64,000 nucleotides of DNA from Narcine bancroftii (Eukaryota): assembly GCF_036971445.1 (NCBI RefSeq), contig NC_091475.1:81344001-81408000 (forward strand), in the 5' to 3' direction. Position numbers and translations under genes: made by a program. Positions within the stretch are counted from its first letter, which is position 1. Every line of letters starts with the position of its first letter. This document shows, piece by piece, positions 1-11,602 of the stretch. Under the pieces are notes generated by a model. The model was not told where the DNA came from. It did not search any database and saw only the letters and a program-made list of their open reading frames with translations.

Positions 1-1234
1 ATATGTTAAAGTGAAATTAAGAGCCAAAATGCTGAACCAGAGACATTTGCTGCATCGTCTCTATTAAGATGGAGTAGAAAACAAAACCATGTTTTCCTTG
101 TTTGTTACATTTTAGTTCAGCGTGAGCCAGTCATTAGGTAAATTTCATGGTAATTTGCTCCAATCACCAGTTTAAAAAGTTGATGTGTTTAAGCAACAGC
201 TAGAACCTGATTCTAATGGGCCTTGAGAAAGATTTTTTTTTCCCCACACAAAACCTCAGAAGGTTTCCTATATTACAACTGAACTGTACTTCAAAAATCT
301 TTGGGAAGTCTGGAGCTTATGAAAACACAGAAAATACAAAGAAAGAGAAGAGTCCAATATAAACAAATCACATTGAGGGTACATGGAAACATTTTGCCAG
401 AATCATTTTTGTTTTCTTAACGATTTCCTCCCTTGCACATCAAGCTCATTCCCCAAGCCATACATCTATTGTTTTACAGTAAAAGACAGAAATACAATTA
501 GTCATTGATTAAATAACACCTACAATGAAAATAAAAATGTGAATTTCAGTCTAAGCAATTTTGTGCACATCTGTTTAATAACTTTATATCATTGAATAAG
601 GCAGATGTTCAGGTATTAACAAAAAATGTGATGGATGATAAATATTCAGTCATCTTTTGTATTTACTCTCTCATTTTAATTTTATGTACACTATTAGTTG
701 TTTTAAATGAAGTACCTGTTCAGCTTCAACAAATATGAATTTTGGTGTAGAGTGTGTATGACAATAAACATCTCAATTATCAATGTTCATTGGTATTACT
801 TTGTTCATCCCTTTAAAGATACATTGTAATAGCAGATATTTCATTGAAGTTATTGTTTACATTTTTCCAAGCAGATATATCAACATGTTTGGGTAACTTC
901 TCAATAAATATACAACACAGAAGAAAATTGAAACTGCAGTATCCTTATGATGGACAAATGTACTCAAGAGCAGGCAGCATCAATCAACCCAGTTGTGAGG
1001 TATGACCAACGATAAATGTCTTCTGGAAAAAGCTCTTTCAATAAATGCAAAGCATCCACAAACAATGTGACAATGGTCAAATAATTAATATGCTGAGCAG
1101 TAAGAATTAGCCCCAATGGACCCTAAATTCAAAACAGCACCATCACAATCTAAGAAAGCATATGGGGTCTCAGCTATCATCCCATGCCTTCTCCACCAAC
1201 ATAGCACTCCATTGGCAACAAACATCTGCTTTTT

Positions 1235-1540
1235 TTCCATTAAGGCTGGGTGAGACAAGAACTAGAGGTTCATGGTAAAAGGTGAAATGTTTAAAGGGAG
1301 CATTCATAGAGTGAGCGATCAGAATGTGGAACAAGTTGCTAGCCGAAGTGGTGTATATGAGCGCAATTTTGTCATTTAAGAAAAATTTTGATAGGCAAAT
1401 AGATGGGATAGGCATGGAGGGTTATGGTCCAGATGCAGACCAATGGGACTAGGGCAGTCATAATAGTCACAAGCAGAATACTAGTTTGGCACAGATTAGA
1501 TGAGCTGAAGGGCCAATTTCTGTCACGTAGTGTTCTATGG
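1235..1540 (+). mobile_element. CR1-type LINE 3' fragment (degenerate)
   Basis: Sequence typical of the CR1 ORF2 C-terminus and 3' tail: ACTAGAGG..., TGGAACAAGTTGCTAG, TTTAAGAAAAATTTTGATAGG, GGAGGGTTATGG, GAAGGGCC..TTTCTGT..GTTCTATG. Boundaries approximate. Confidence 0.7.
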
Positions 1541-1589
1541 TCCTGCAGGACAAGATTCCACAGCATTACCCTCTAATAGTTTAATCTTT

Positions 1590-2526
1590 CTGTTTACTGC
1601 TTCTCCAAAAATGCAATGCTACCTTCCCACTGCAATTTCCATGCACATACATTCCCTTTGCTCCTGCTCCAATAACGACGTGCTCTCTTAGCAAAGCAAT
1701 TGTTGCATTGATCGCTGCTCCCATCAGGAATGCCCTCTCCTACCACCACCAGTGTCCAGCTTTCTCCTGCTCCCCTTCTCAGTGCCCTGCACTCTCCCAG
1801 CCAAACTGCAGACCCACACACCCTTCCTGCTGCCATCCCCGCAGGTGCCATTCTATCCACCTTGCAGCTACACCATCCCTTTCCCACCCCCTGCACCCCT
1901 TCCCTTCTCCTGCCTTTCACCAAGCATCCTATTCCACACCTCCCGTGTCACCTCCCGTGTCACCCCCCCATACTCCCTCTCTGCCGCCGCTACGTCTCCC
2001 ATTCCCTTCTCTAGTGCCACATTCCTCTGACTCGGTACGTCGGTGTCTGGGGTAGGCCCGACACCGAAGTTGCATTGGAGCAAGGCACCCTGTTCTGACA
2101 CTGAATGGAAAGTCATGACCCCTGTTGCCCTGCGAGAGGTAGCATGACATTCCCTGGAAACGAGCTCCACACACACTTCTCTCCGCTGCGGCCGATGTTT
2201 CGATGCTAACAGCTCTAAATCCCCACCACCTCCAACGGCCGCTCACCTTTAGGGCCAGCATTGTGCACCGCAAAGCAGCACAAGCTCTGTACGCCGCCAT
2301 TGCTGCTGTCTGACCTCTAGCCCCGGGCACGACCAATCAGCGTTCAGCCAACTCAAGCCCCGTGACGTTTCAGCTGCAGCCTCGCCCATTGGAGGGCAGG
2401 GCTGCTGAAATTATATGAATGGCTGTCAATTTCAGGAAGTCAAAGTGGGACACTTCTCAAGTGTCCCTGCACTATGCAACCAGTTAAATGTTTTAAAAGT
2501 GTGGTCAGTGTACCGTAGAAAGCCCA
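1590..2526. repeat. GC/CpG-rich unclassified repeat, possibly a non-autonomous DNA transposon remnant
   Basis: Abrupt GC-rich, pyrimidine-skewed block in AT-rich, CpG-poor flanks. The right end GTAGAAAGCCC resembles a Harbinger-type terminus, but no matching left end was found. Confidence 0.3.
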
Positions 2527-2547
2527 GTTGCTTATACATTGGGGAAG

Positions 2548-2682
2548 CACAAAAACAAACTGCAGATGCTGGAATCATGAGCAAACCATAAAAGCTGTAG
2601 GGACTCAGCAGGTCAGGCAGGATTCCATCTTTCTCCATGGATGCTGCCTGACCGGATGAGTCCTCCACCTTTCCCTTTGTCT
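2548..2682. repeat. Penelope-like pLTR-derived palindromic repeat
   Basis: CTGCAGATGCTGG...ACTCAGCAGGTCAGGCAG followed by its inverted counterpart ATGCTGCCTGACCGGATGAGTCCTCC. The same motif family occurs at 15.7, 25.5, 57.1, 60.7 and 63.7 kb. Confidence 0.6.
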
Positions 2683-3023
2683 GCTATGTTTGTATATATA
2701 AACAAAATTTGCAGATACTAAAAGCTGAAAATATTGGTAGCATTTGTTGAGAGGCTGGATATTTTATGTCATCAGAACTGAAGTGTTTTCATTTTACTCG
2801 AGATGTTTGTTTCTTGATTTCTCGATGGGATAAAGCTGTAGAACCAGGTGCTTGACTGACTCATTCCTGAGAATGTCTTAAAATTATTTGTAGATCGAGC
2901 AAACACATTTTTATGAGGCAAACAATGAATTACTGGGGGAACTAATCAGGTCAGACAGTATCCATGGGTAGAAATGGTCAGTTAAAGCTTTGGGTCTGGA
3001 CTAAATAGAAAAAGGGGTGATAT

Positions 3024-3837
3024 TGTTGGAATCTAGGGGTTAAAACATTATGAAAGAAATGATTAATTAATAAGTTTATATGTACTGCATGAGTCAGGGA
3101 AAAAGAGGAATGTGATGAAGTGGCCATCACAGCATGGAGCAAAGTTGGCTGAGCAAAATTGTCTGCTCCCAAATACAGGGAGAGGAAATGCATAAAACGA
3201 TTTAGGAGGAATGCTCAAACTGAAGGAGGTGGTGAGTAGCACAGGAGACACAGGCCAGACCAGAACAAAGAATGGCCTGCAAGAAACAAAGGGAATGGAA
3301 AACCAGTCTAGGAGGAAGATTAAGGCAGGAGGAGGTGTTAAAGAGAACAGCAGAAATTGGCCAGACAGGAACAGAATGGTGATTAGAAATATCTGGGGAT
3401 GAATTAATTTCTGATCAAAACAACAGGATAGTCTGACCTGGAGGATTAAGATGGGAGCGCTACACCCCAGATATCTGCAAAGCAGGAGATGACTTGTGAT
3501 AACCCTTATGCAAAAAGATCTAGCAAAGGAAGACAACTTTTGTTCTGTATGATAATGAAATCTAGCAAAGGAAGCCAACTTTTGTTCTGTATGATAAGGT
3601 TGATCTATATAAACTGAGCCAACTGGACAATAGGAGTCAGTCTTGGGGGATAGCTCACTGTGCAGGTGACCTATGAACTAACGACTGACCCAGAGCTCTG
3701 TTAAGTTTTATTCTTGTGCTGTGTAATAAATTGACTGTTGAACCGAATACCTTCTCCTATCACTTCATTCAAAGAACACGCTGGACTCAGACCACACATA
3801 GACTAAATTAAGAGTAAGGTAAAGCCAGAGTCCGACA
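3024..3837 (+). mobile_element. Solo LTR A (814 bp, ERV- or Gypsy-like)
   Basis: TG...CA ends with an imperfect inverted repeat (TGTTGGAATCT / AGAGTCCGACA). 4-bp TSD ATAT at 3020-3023 and 3838-3841. TATATAAA at 3606, AATAAA at 3725, and a ~38-bp tandem duplication in U3 (3518-3597). Confidence 0.85.
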
Positions 3838-4148
3838 ATATGTATATAAATGGGGAGTGAACCTGAGGGTGAGACCAAAAGGTAACAGGGTGCAGGATGT
3901 TAGATGTGAGAGGTGAATGGGGAGTCCACTATGAGAGGGGGGGAAAAAACTAAGAGGTAAAAGAAAAAAGAAAGAATACAGAAGTATGTAAAGAAGAAAT
4001 GGAAGCAGTAGAATCAGATGGGGGTGGGGATTTACCTAAAATTAGAAAAATCAATGTCCGTCCCATTAAGTATGAGGAGGAATATGATGTGCTGTTTCTC
4101 AAGTTTACTTTTGGCCTCACCTTAACAATCTTCATCATTGGGAGAGTT

Positions 4149-4721
4149 TGTGAGAAACGGAAGTACCTTCACAGAAATTGCTCGAGACAAAAATTGAGAA
4201 CAAAGAACATTTATTATACAACAATGCAAAGTTGGGTGCTTCCCCTTACCCTGGGAATACACACACATACTGGGGCTCACACAACTTTTATACAGTTCAT
4301 TTCAGTGTAGAGGTACCCTCCCCCACCCCCCTAACATTCTTCTGCCTCCTGGATAAGTTTGGCATTAGGCAATCCTGTCTGCCTACGTGCTGTTTCTGTG
4401 ATTGGAGGACCAGGGGGTATCCTGTCTGTGTCCCATCATGTCATTGTCCTTATTCACCTGCCTTTGTCCTTATTCACACCTTCCCAACCCTCAAGGCTTA
4501 CTAAAACTTATATGCAGAACTTGCTAATTCTGTCTAGCTTACTAATTACATATGCAGAACTTGCTGACTCTGTCTAAGGCTAGAAGACCCTTATCTTATT
4601 CAGACTAATTTTACTTCCTACATTCTATTACCCTTATCCTATTCTTTATTCATTACACATATATCCTTATTAGCTTTCTTCATCTCTCATATTTTCATAT
4701 TAGTTTTACTCATCTCTCACA
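4149..4721 (-). mobile_element. Solo LTR B (573 bp)
   Basis: TGTGAGA...TCTCACA termini and 4-bp TSD AGTT (4145-4148, 4722-4725). Minus-strand TATAAAA (4286-4292) and AATAAA (4210-4215), with an internal ~40-bp tandem repeat near 4497-4577. Confidence 0.85.
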
Positions 4722-5177
4722 AGTTGAAATGGTTAGCAAGAGGAAGCTGGAGTTTAAACCCAAAAACAAAGCATAGGTGTTCAGTGAAGAAGTCACCCAA
4801 TCTGCATTTGGTCATATGATCGTAGAGGAGGCCAGACCAAGTACACCAAATTCAATAGATTAGGTCGGACCATGTGTACAAAGCTCTGCCTCCAATGGAT
4901 GGCAGCAAGGGAGGAGATGTAGGAAAAAATGTACACTTTCAGCGATTACTAGACAAAGGGCTGAAGGGGATTGAAATATGGATGGGGAAAGAAAAGTGGA
5001 TGAACGAGTGTCAGAGTCATATTCCTGTGGAAAGCCAATAGGGTTAAAGAATGAAAGATGTGGCTGCGGAGGAATTGTGCTGAAGTTGGTAGAAGTGCCG
5101 AATGCAGAGGTTGGTGGGGTGGAAAGTGAAAACCAGAGAGGGTCTCTCTCACTTTTCTGCGGGGAGGGGGTGGGTGG

Positions 5178-5417
5178 TGTAGAGCTCGTCGAAAGAACCA
5201 AAGACTTGTTGATCCAAACCAAGGCTTTTATTAGCAAAAGACAGGAGCTCTTCACAGATGGCCGACCAGTCCGGATTGATTCAACCTGGCTAGGAACACA
5301 GCCCTTTAAGGCCCAGACAGTAGGCGTGGCTAAGCTCTCAGCCAATCACTGTAAGCACAGTCATTACACTCTAGATCCTGTAACTATATACATTGGTGAT
5401 AGGTCTGTCCTGTCACA
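5178..5417 (-). mobile_element. Solo LTR C (240 bp)
   Basis: TGT...ACA termini, 5-bp TSD GGTGG (5173-5177, 5418-5422) and a minus-strand AATAAA near 5227-5232. The host Penelope sequence resumes on both sides. Confidence 0.75.
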
Positions 5418-5765
5418 GGTGGTTAGGATAGAAGTATGAGAAATGGAGGAGGTATGCGTGTGGGCTTTATCAATGACAGAAAGGGGAGAATCTATGTTTA
5501 TGAAAGAAGGAGGACATTTCAGATGTTCTCGAAAGGAAGTCCACATCCTGGGAACAAATCTGGAATGGAGCAGAGGAATTAGGAGAAATCAATGGCTTCC
5601 TTACAAAAGATAGGGTGGAAAGAGGTATAATCCTAGAATCTGTGAGAGTCAGTGGGCTTGTAATTGATGTCTGTGGATAGTTTGTCTGCTAAGATGGGAA
5701 AGGAGAGGTCAAGGAAGGGTAGAGCAGTGTCAGAATCAGTCCAGGTAAATTTAAGGATAGTGTGG

Positions 5766-6082
5766 AAGTTCAAGTTCATGTTTAGTCTATTTTGAGTTGC
5801 ACAAGTTCAACTCAGCAAAACAGTATTCTCTGGTCCTTGGTGCAAAACCTGCAGGTGCATAACCAGAAAAAAAAAACAATAAATACAGACAACCAGTACA
5901 TATGCAGGAGAAATAGACATAAAATAAAAATAAATAAATATTTTTAGTGAATATTAGAGTCTTATATAGTTACTGTGAGCAGTTCCTTTGGTTGAGCAGT
6001 ATTCTCACTGCCCACAGGAAGAAGCTGTTTCTCAGCCTGGTGGTGCTGGTTTGATACTCCTGTCTCCCTTTCCCAATGGGAG
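5766..6082 (-). mobile_element. Rex1/Babar-like LINE 3' end
   Basis: AAGTTCAAGTTC tail repeat and GGAAGAAGCTGTTTCTCAGCCTGGTGGTG...CTCCTGT, characteristic of this family's 3' region. It mirrors the plus-strand copy at 63.4-63.7 kb. Confidence 0.5.
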
Positions 6083-6084
6083 CC

Positions 6085-6515
6085 TATATAAACCTACGCT
6101 TACAATCTAAACCTCATACCCATTACTCTCTCATTTTTTTCCCATCCAGGTCCCTGTCTAAAAGTCTTTTAAATGTTTCTGTTGTACCAGCCTTCATTAC
6201 CACCTGGCAATGCATTCCAGGCACCCACTACTCTCACTGTAAAAACTTACCCCAACTTCTCCCCTAAACTTTCCTCTCCTTACCTTATACAGATGTCCTC
6301 TGGTACTGTGACCCCAGGAAAAGGTGCTGGCTGTCCACCCTATCTTATGCCTCTCATTATCTTATAGACCTCTATTATGTCACTTCTCATCCTTCTTTAC
6401 TCCAAAGAGAAAAGCCCTCACTGTCTTAACCTTGCCTCAAAGATATTCTCTATCTAAGCAACATTCTGGTAAATCTCCTCTGTACCCTGTCCATACCTTT
6501 CACATCCTTCTGATG
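6085..6515 (-). mobile_element. CR1-type LINE 3' fragment
   Basis: Reverse complement of CR1 C-terminal motifs (GCATTCCAGGCACCCACTACTCTC..AAAAAACTTACCC; TTATAGACCTCTAT). Confidence 0.7.
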
Positions 6516-7049
6516 GTGAATCTGTCTGCCTTAAGGCAGATCAAAGCAATTTTCATGCAATATTATGCCTGAGTTATTACATGAAAATAAAGAAATCTTG
6601 AGTCCTGTAATGAGGCTATCAGAACTGAAAATTTCCCATAAATTTCTCCATATTTAGTAGGGTCTCAATGTGAACATTTATTGTTGGGATAGTCTTGTAT
6701 GGATGGGGTCAGATTGGGAGAGAATCTTGCTTTTGAGATATTTTGTGTATGATTCATTCTCTCAAATACTTGAGTGGATAAATCAGCGATGGCTTAGAGT
6801 TCAGCCTCAGACTGTTCAAGCATCAACTAAGTAGTGCAGCTCAATGACTCAAATTGTGGTGACTGGTTCTGGACAGAAGTACTCTAAGTTCGAAAATTTT
6901 GCATTTGTCCTGTAGATTTATTCTACTCCAACAATAAACTAGATGGAAAAAATATGCAATTTATGGTGAAAAGGATGATGAGAAGAGAACTGGAGCATTG
7001 CAGTCACCTTGCTTGATCTTGGACTACATTTGCATGTTAGCCACATGGT

Positions 7050-8180
7050 GATTCTCAACATGACAGTTGGACATAACTCCAATCATTGACTCTAACCAGG
7101 TTAAGGAACTGGACGCCTCACACACGTTGGATGAGATTAATGCAATGGAGCTCCAGGCTCCAAAAGATTTCCAGTGAAGTTTTTAAAAAAGTTTAATGAT
7201 ACATTAGCCCCATTATCAGTGTTTAATTAAGCACTAGGGCAAGAGGTTTTACCAACTACTTTAACCCAAGCATCAATAATTTTTGGCCTGAAGAAAGATG
7301 AGGGCCCCACATCATATGGCTCCTATAGGGTGTTATCTCTACTTAATGCTGATGTCAGTGTTAGCCAAGGTCAAAGCATTTTGATTAGAAGGGCTGTTAT
7401 GACAGGTTATATCTGAAATGCAGAATGGTTTCATAAAACAGCATTACTTATTGTTTAATATTTGTACACTCTTCAAAATCATTTACTCTAAACGCACAAC
7501 AAAATCTCTAGAAGTTGTAACTTCGCAAGATGCTGAAAAGGCCTTTGATAGGGTATAGTGGAAGTATATTTTTGAAGTATTAAAGAAATTATGATTTAGT
7601 AACAAATTTATCTACTGGATTCACCTTCTATACACCACACACCACAAGCATCAGTTCACAAAAAGCAATACTTTGAATATTTTGTGTTGGAATGCAGTAC
7701 CGACAAGGGTGTCCCCATCTCCCCTTATATTTGTGATTGCAATCGATCCATTATCAATTATGTTACAGTCTTCCCCTACTTTTAAAGGTATTATCTGAAA
7801 TGGTCTTAAAAAGAGAGCTTCACTGTACACCGATGACTTGGAGTTGTTTGTAACAGACCCACAGAGAAGGACTTCCTCTATTCTATCCATTTTGGAGGAG
7901 TTTCACTCTTTTTCAGGTTATAAATTGAATCCTCAAAAGAATGAATATTACCCCATCAACAGAGAGCTCTGCAACTTAACCAATCAGACCTGCCTTTTCA
8001 GTTTAGCCAGTCAGGTTTCAAATACCTAGGTGTCTTCTAATAAAAAAAAGTCTTCTCTTATTGACCAGGTGAAATCAGATTTTCAGAGATGGAGCAATTT
8101 GCTCCTGTCACCAATGGGCAGAATAAATGTTGTCAAAGTTAATATATTATTAAGATTCCTTTACTTGTTTTAAAAAAAAA
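7050..8180 (+). mobile_element. Old L1-clade RT fragment (pseudogenised)
   Basis: Frameshifted remnants DAEKAFDRV (7529), TRQGCP-SP (7698), LYTDDL (7823), SGYKLN, KYLG and GRINVVK..RFLYLF, ending in an A-run at ~8172-8180. Confidence 0.8.
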
Positions 8181-8215
8181 TAAGAGTACAATGTGTACAA
8201 AGTTGTTTTTGATGG

Positions 8216-9600
8216 GCTTTTTAAAAAAAAAATTATTTTCACACTATGAACCATATTAACCAAATACACACAAACATTTCCCTCTTGAATATACACAGTA
8301 TCATTTTCTCCCCATTTTCCCCCTCCCTCCCTCCCTCCTTCCCACACCCCTCCCTACCCACTAAATGTTCAACATATACAATACAATAAACCCATTAAAC
8401 AATGTCATCACACAATGAAAATAAACAAGAAAATTGTGTCATCTACTTTTACACACTGGGTCGGTTCATTTCGTCTTCTCATTCTGTCATTTTATGGGGT
8501 GGAGGTCTGCAGTAGGACCTCTCTGTTGTGTTCTATGTATGGTTCCCAAATTTGTTCGAATACTGTGACATTATTTCTTAAATTATATGTTATTTTTCCC
8601 AATGGAATATATTTATTCATTTCTATGTACCATTGCTGTACTCTCAGGCTCTCTTCTGATTTCCAGGTTGACATTATACATTTTTTTTGCTATAGCTAAG
8701 GCTATCATAATAAATCTTTTTTGTGCTTCATCCAAATTGAGGCCAAGTTCTTTACTTCTTATATTACTTAGAAGAAAGATCTCTGGATTTTTTAGTATGT
8801 TGCATTTGTGATTTTATTTAATACCTGATTTAGATCTTCCCAAAACTTTTCCACTTTCTCACATGCCCAAATTGCATGTACTGTTGTTCCTTCTTACAGC
8901 AAAAACATCTATCTGATACTGTTGGGTCCCATTTATTTAACTTTTGGGGTGTGGTGTATAGCCTGTGTAACCAATTATATTGTATCATGCGTAACCTCGT
9001 GTTTATTGTATTTCTCATAGTTCCAGAATATAGCTTTTCCCATTTTACATTTTTTATCTTTATGTTTAGATCTTGTTCCCACTTTTGTTTGGGTTTACAG
9101 CTTATTTCATCGTTGATGTACATGTTTGTTATAAATCTTTTAATTATCATTGTGTCTGTAATTACATATTCAAAACTGGTTCCTTCTGGTAACCTCAGCC
9201 TCCTTCCCAATTTGTCCTTCAAGAAGGTTTTCAGTTGGTGGTATGCAAACATTGTCCTGTGAGTTATGCCATATTTGTATTTCATTTGTTCAAAAGATAA
9301 TAATTTATTTCCCAAAAAACAATTTTCTATTCTTTTGATCCCTTTTCTCTCCCATTTTCTAAAGGAAAGGTTATCTATTGTGAAAGGGATTAGTTGATTT
9401 TGCGTCAATATAATTTTGGTAGTTGGTAATTTTCCTTTCTACGTGAATCTTCTTCCAAATGTTGAGCAGATGGTGCAGTACTGGTGAACTTCCATGTTGC
9501 ACCAGCTTTTCATCCCACTTATAAAGTATATGTTCTGGTACATTCTCCACTATTTTATCTAGCTCTAACCTGGTCCAATCTGGTTTTTCCCTTGTTTGAT
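8216..9600 (-). mobile_element. 5'-truncated L1-clade element (ORF2 C-terminus and 3' UTR)
   Basis: Minus ORFs 9371-9625, 8830-9408 and 8492-8674 encode the L1 ORF2 C-terminal region (QYNWLHRLY.TP, CFCC zinc-knuckle remnant, IPLGKITY..IWEPY). The 3' UTR is G-rich. Flanked by AAGTTGTTTTTGATGG at 8200-8215 and 9601-9616. Confidence 0.85.
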
Positions 9601-9757
9601 AAGTTGTTTTTGATGGTTGGGGCATGGCAAGATGGCTTAGGGAACAGACGTGCGATCCTAATCCACCCCAGCCAGTTTTTTTAAGTACCCGTTTTTAAAC
9701 TTTAATTTAAGTCTATAAACGCTTTAATTCTGCTTCTAAGTATATTAGTTGTCTATA

Positions 9758-11310
9758 ATGGCAGCTATTATTTCAAAACCTACGGTTCAACTACAGAAAA
9801 AACTACTTTTTAAAAGTGCTGAAGAACTGAGGCCTACCTGTTCAGCTGGAACCACGGAGCTGCCACCGGGAGCCTCCAAGCTGCAGAGAACTCCAGCCAG
9901 GTTGAATTATACGCTGGCGCCAGTCTTCTCCCCGCAAGATGGCGCCGGCTTGTTGAAGAAACCGACTGATAACCCGCACGTTCACGAAGTCAAGCACGCA
10001 GGCGATTCGAAGGAAGAAAGAGCGCTGCCATCGGGGGAGTCGGGGGCACGCAGGAAGGCGCTGGAGACCGCACCTGTGCAGCCCCCGGCTTTGCCGGGCA
10101 TGCGCAGGGCTTCCAGGGTCCGCGATCTGATGGAACATGTGTGGACTGCGGGGGGCGCCTGAGTGGCAGCGCCCTGACTTGGTCGGGGTGCCGTCGTTGG
10201 GTGTCCAAACCCGCAGCCGCACGGGGAAAGTCTTGACAACGATGGAACAAGAAGAGGACTTATACAGCTAGTTCACAGGAACAACTGGAGGGGGAGCTTG
10301 TAGAAGGTGGGTCTCAAGATGTGGCAATGGAATCCAGACTGAACTTTATTTTTACTGTGTTGGAAGGGATTTCTTGTTATATGGATGCTATGTCTCATTA
10401 AGTGACCCAAATCCAATTTACAATGTCTGAAGATTTATCTACGCTTAAGAGAGATGTTAATAAATACCTTAATTCAGTAGATGTGGTACAGGAGAATTTT
10501 AAAAAATTTGAGACAGCTTTTCTGAATGTAAAGATCAAGTTCTACGTAATAAAGAAAAAATAGAAAAAGTTGAAGAATCATTCATGGATTGGGGAATCCA
10601 GAAGAGAGAATTATTTTTAAAAATTGTTTCATTGGAAAATCAAAGCCGGAGAAATAATGTAAAAATCGTGGGCCTTCCAGAAGATATTGAAGGTGTGGAT
10701 CCAATAAAATTTTTTAAGGATTGGATCTCTGAGATGTTAGGTAAAGAGTTATTTCTGGGTAGTTTGGTATTGGAAAGGGCACATAGAGCGTTGAGGAGGA
10801 AACCGTTACCGGGTCAACCGTCATGAACAGTGTTAATTCTGTACTTGAATTATCAGGATAGAGAAACGATTTTACGGTTGGCGGTAGAGAAGGCAAGACA
10901 AAGTCAAACCCAATGATGAGTCAGAATGATAGAGTTTTCTTCTATGCTGATTTGAGTCAAGAAATTATCAGACGTCGATGCGAGTTTAATTCAGTTAAGG
11001 ATGTGCTGTGTTGGAAGGATATAAATTTGCTTTTTGATACCCTGCAGTGTTGAAGGTCTTTTATGGCAATTATCAGTCTCAGTTTTTTGAGAATGACCAT
11101 GATGCATTGGTTTTCGCTAATTAGTTACCGGATTTACGTGGTCAGGGAAGAATCTCACCATCATCATCTAAAAGGCAATGGACATGGAAATAGATAGAAT
11201 GGAAAGAATGGGAAGAATGGGAAAGATGGGAAGAAGGAGGCTTTGACACACAGTCCTAGTGATGTTGAGGATTCGAATCAATCTTTGGGACTGGAGTCCC
11301 AGGGCTGAAT
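9758..11310 (+). pseudogene. L1 ORF1p (coiled coil, RRM and CTD), disrupted
   Basis: LENQSRRNNVKIVGLPE..EG, LERAHRALR, FYADLSQEI.RRR and YPAVLKVFY-like motifs, with several stops and frameshifts. Start and end approximate. Confidence 0.8.
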
Positions 11311-11602
11311 ATATTAATGATGTTGAATTACATTATTATATATATTGTATTTCTGGCTGGGGGGAGGTGGATGGCACTGATATCATTGATAGTCATCTGC
11401 CGCTGGTGGGGTGTTCCACACCCAGTTTTTTAGGGAATTACTATCTTTGGGTGTTTTTTTTTCTTTTTTTTGGGCAGGGGAATTAATTGTATTCCTTTTC
11501 ATATTAACTTTTTTGTAACATTAGGAGAGGGAGAGTAGATTTTGTTTATTAACAGGAGAGCATTTTTTTTGTATTACGTGCTTATATTGATAGTTTATTA
11601 AA

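Larger units (their letters stand above)
2920..5770 (-). mobile_element. Penelope-like retroelement (5'-truncated, degenerate; RT C-terminus, GIY-YIG endonuclease and pLTR), interrupted by three solo LTRs
   Basis: Minus-strand remnants: LKFTWT..LPFLDL..YKPTDSH (5660-5765); a GIY-YIG-like region (4730-4890); C-terminal EAKxKLEKQHIIF...IDFSNFR* (4030-4125); a purine-rich spacer; and a pLTR at 2920-3000. Confidence 0.8.

Noticed and set aside
1594-2336. Cluster of overlapping 92-135 aa ORFs
   Set aside because: Low-complexity Pro/Gly-rich translations from a GC-rich repeat, with no domain or splice support.
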